Origin: Gemmata obscuriglobus
Lineage (GTDB): Bacteria > Planctomycetota > Planctomycetia > Gemmatales > Gemmataceae
Direction: 5' to 3'
DNA: 32,000 nt
NCBI RefSeq assembly: GCF_008065095.1
Contig: NZ_CP042911.1
Location: 4,770,001 to 4,802,000 of the forward strand
Shown: piece by piece, positions 29,508 through 32,000 of the stretch
How positions within the stretch are numbered: position 1 is the first letter of the stretch
Layout of the letters: each line of letters begins with the position of its first letter
Notes under the pieces: generated by a model
Database searches by the model: none
What the model saw: the letters and a program-made list of their open reading frames with translations, nothing else
Told to the model about the DNA's origin: nothing
Translations under genes and position numbers: made by a program

Positions 29508-31208
29508 TCACTTTTGTGCGGCTTTGAAGAGCCCATCAGGAACGGTTGTAATCGATCCGGTCGGGGGCTTTATGCCGGCGGCCTTCGCCAGGATTGCGGC
29601 CGCCGCGAGCGGCGTGACTCGGTCCTTACGCACCCCAGAAACGACGCCCGTGCCATATACAACCAGCGGTACGTGAGTGTCGTATGGATGCGGACTACCG
29701 TGTGTCGTGCCGGTACCGAGCGTTGCGGACGGCAGATAATACGGTTTCAGCAGCACGTACACGTCTCCGCACCGCTCTGCGTGGAACGAACGCGTAACCA
29801 TTTGCCCGATCGCGTCCGTTGCCGGAACGCCATCCATGAGCGCGGTACGGGTGTATGAGGCTTGAACTCCGGTTTGTTTCGTCAGCCAGTCGGAAAGAGC
29901 GTTTTCAACGTCCGATTGTTTAAGTCCTGCAGCCTTCACCGCTTTCGTGTTCAAATACACCCACGGTCCCGATATGGCCTCAACCCACTTTGCAGTCCCT
30001 TTGGCGTATTTCTCTGTTAGGAACGCCTCGATCTTGGATGCAGTGGCCGGTTGAACGCGCGCCGCGTCACGCCCTTCTTTGCGACTCACCTCCGGTAACG
30101 GACAGATGCCGTGGTCGGCGGTCATCACAAGAACGTACTTGCCCTTCCCCACTTTGGAATCGAGCGTGTCGAGTAGGCGCTTCATGATCCGGTCGGAGCG
30201 AAGCGTCACATCAAGCACCTCTTGCGAATCCGGCCCCCATGCATGACCGACCGCGTCGTTTGACGAGAAACTGAGCGACAGCAGGTCGGGAACGTCGTCG
30301 GCCCCCAGTTTCTCTGCGGTGACCGCGGTTTCAGCGAGTTCGAGCAGTAAATCGTTACCGAATGGCGACGTGTAGATTGCGTTCAGGTAAGCGGGTTTGG
30401 TTTTCGGGTCGGCCGGCTCGAACGGGTGCGGAAACACACGCCCCTGCCCGGCAGCACCTTTACTCTCACCGCTCACGTCGTCGGGGCCGCTCAGTTTCGC
30501 GTAGTCGAGGTCGGCCCGGAACCGGTCCCAGGTCTTGCCGCGCCACCGCTCGGCCGGCTTGATCTTGTTAAAGTCCGCAACCCACGGGTGAACGGCGTCG
30601 CGATAAAATGTGGACGTGACGAACTGTCCGGTTCCACCGTCCATCCAATACACCGCGTCGGGCGATTTGCCGCCCGGCAGCGCCGCACCGCGGTTCTTGA
30701 GCGAAAGCGCGACCACTTTACCCTTCCCAACGGTGCCGAGCTTAAGCGCGTCGGCAATCGTCGGCTTCAGGAGTCGATTGGGTGATACACCGCCCTTCGC
30801 CCCCTTCTTCTCGTCCTCGTCGGTGCCGGCGAGTGTCCGCAATGGCACCTGTTCATGGCGCTCGGAACCAACGCAGTTGACCGACTTGCCCACGCCCCGA
30901 TCGAACCAGTCGTTGCCAACGACCCCGTGCTCGGCCGGACCGCACCCGGTCGCGACCGACGAATGCCCCGCGGCGGTGACGGTGTACGCGTAGGGATAAT
31001 GGCAGTTATCGAACCAGGCCCCCTCGTCCGTAATTCGCTTGAATCCGCCCTCGCCAAACTGTGACTTCCAGCGGGCGAGGTAATCGCCCCGGAACTGATC
31101 GAAGTACACGAGTACGACGAGTCGCGGGGGGATGGGTTTGTCTGCCGCGTGGGCAGTGGGCGGTGGAACGAGCGCGGGGAGAGCAACGATGAGAAGGGAT
31201 CGCAGCAC
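29508..31208 (-). CDS. secreted alkaline phosphatase family protein (nucleotide pyrophosphatase/phosphodiesterase, PafA-like)
   Basis: 566 aa with a GTG start and signal peptide (LLIVALPALVPPPTAHAADK). Metal and nucleophile motifs VYFDQFRGDY, YTVTAAGHSSVATG and MTADHGICP. Confidence 0.88.
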   Translation of the reverse strand: MLRSLLIVALPALVPPPTAHAADKPIPPRLVVLVYFDQFRGDYLARWKSQFGEGGFKRITDEGAWFDNCHYPYAYTVTAAGHSSVATGCGPAEHGVVGNDWFDRGVGKSVNCVGSERHEQVPLRTLAGTDEDEKKGAKGGVSPNRLLKPTIADALKLGTVGKGKVVALSLKNRGAALPGGKSPDAVYWMDGGTGQFVTSTFYRDAVHPWVADFNKIKPAERWRGKTWDRFRADLDYAKLSGPDDVSGESKGAAGQGRVFPHPFEPADPKTKPAYLNAIYTSPFGNDLLLELAETAVTAEKLGADDVPDLLSLSFSSNDAVGHAWGPDSQEVLDVTLRSDRIMKRLLDTLDSKVGKGKYVLVMTADHGICPLPEVSRKEGRDAARVQPATASKIEAFLTEKYAKGTAKWVEAISGPWVYLNTKAVKAAGLKQSDVENALSDWLTKQTGVQASYTRTALMDGVPATDAIGQMVTRSFHAERCGDVYVLLKPYYLPSATLGTGTTHGSPHPYDTHVPLVVYGTGVVSGVRKDRVTPLAAAAILAKAAGIKPPTGSITTVPDGLFKAAQK

Positions 31209-31675
31209 GCAATGATCTCCAAATAGGGCAGCATCTTCACATTACGACTCGACACCCGGCTCGGAACCGTCATCGCTCCAAGGGAACGCCGCGGCAGGGT
31301 CCGCGCCAAGTCGAACGAAAAGGAGGCGCGGCCGACCTCGGGAGCACACGCACCCATGTTACCCTGACGCCGGGTCATTTGAACGCGCATCAGTCGCGTT
31401 ATGCCCCATTTCCGACTACAGCACGCACGAAAGCCGCATCCGCCAGCCCGACATTCACACATCAAACCACACAGTGGTTGGCACGGCCGTCACGATCGCC
31501 TGCCAAGCCTCTCCTTCGGCCGCCTGAGTGATTTAGTTAGGAACCCTTAGAAAGCGCTTGCACGCAACTCCGGAGTGGGTATCCTCGTGTCGTCGCGGGC
31601 GATCGCACGCCTGCGTTGCGTTCTGTCAAAAGTAGCCACTCTCCTTTTCGGTCATCATCCTGCTGTGAGGCCCTT

Positions 31676-32000
31676 ATGTCCCGGTCCCCCTCTCCGGACC
31701 AGTTAACGCGCCACACCTGGCCACGGTGGGCGTTGGCGGCGTTTGCTCTCGTTGCTCTCGCGGGCTGTTCGAGCGATTCCGTTCAGACGACCGCGAACCC
31801 GACAGAAGAGCGCCTTCGCGCGATCGGCACCGCTTACGGGCGGGCGTCGGACGGGCTCAAACGCCCGCCCCGGAGCGCGGAGGAACTCAAGCGGTTCCTG
31901 CCGGACGTGCCCGGGACCGATCCGGCCAGCGTTCTGGTGTCCCCGAACGACCAGAAGCCGTTCGTAATTGTGGCCGGCGTGAACGTGCGCGAGCTCGGGG
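31676..32000 (+). CDS. putative lipoprotein, 3' end cut by the window edge
   Basis: From the ATG at 31676 the frame is open to the window end (MSRSPSPDQLTRHTWPRWALAAFALVALAGCSSDS...), with lipobox LAGC. It is absent from the ORF track because it has no stop in the window. Confidence 0.6.
   Translation, partial: MSRSPSPDQLTRHTWPRWALAAFALVALAGCSSDSVQTTANPTEERLRAIGTAYGRASDGLKRPPRSAEELKRFLPDVPGTDPASVLVSPNDQKPFVIVAGVNVRELG

Overview
High-GC bacterial chromosomal segment. The gene content (Uma2 endonuclease, a Gly/Thr/Pro-rich surface protein with a PEP-CTERM-like tail), a short ~108-nt 5S rRNA and a non-canonical rRNA gene arrangement suggest a planctomycete, possibly Gemmataceae-like. That placement is inference, not verified. 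Most of the window is housekeeping or ordinary accessory genes: citramalate synthase, ValRS, TruB, two GNAT acetyltransferases, a DAG-kinase-family lipid kinase, an ArsR regulator, an FmdB zinc-ribbon protein, a rhomboid protease, tRNA-Glu(CUC), a secreted alpha/beta hydrolase, a YgiQ radical-SAM protein, a DUF418 membrane protein, a CusRS-like two-component pair (kinase frameshifted), a YebC-family regulator, a complete rRNA gene set and a PafA/NPP-type phosphatase. I found no CRISPR array, transposase, integrase, prophage or recognisable defence genes. Many long ORFs in the six-frame track are GC-driven antisense or alternate-frame artefacts. Five observations seem most worth follow-up. (1) The rRNA genes lie in permuted order 23S-5S-16S on the minus strand, with only ~315 nt between 5S and 16S. 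BoxA-like antitermination elements precede both 23S and 16S, and the only convincing terminator follows 16S. (2) A 24-codon leader ORF ending in Val-Val-Ile-Ile-Thr-Thr-Gly, with a mutually exclusive antiterminator and intrinsic terminator, sits just upstream of citramalate synthase and looks like a leader-peptide attenuator. (3) A surface protein carries YCAE and FQIALW motifs resembling Cys-Gln thioester (TQXA) adhesin domains, fused to a PEP-CTERM-like anchor. (4) Two very long perfect palindromes lie between valS and truB; one has 10-bp direct-repeat flanks and the other is a palindrome of palindromes. (5) ValRS has two lineage-specific insertions, one low-GC and one a CxxC...CxxC zinc ribbon. 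All coordinates and motif matches were read by eye and no database search was possible.
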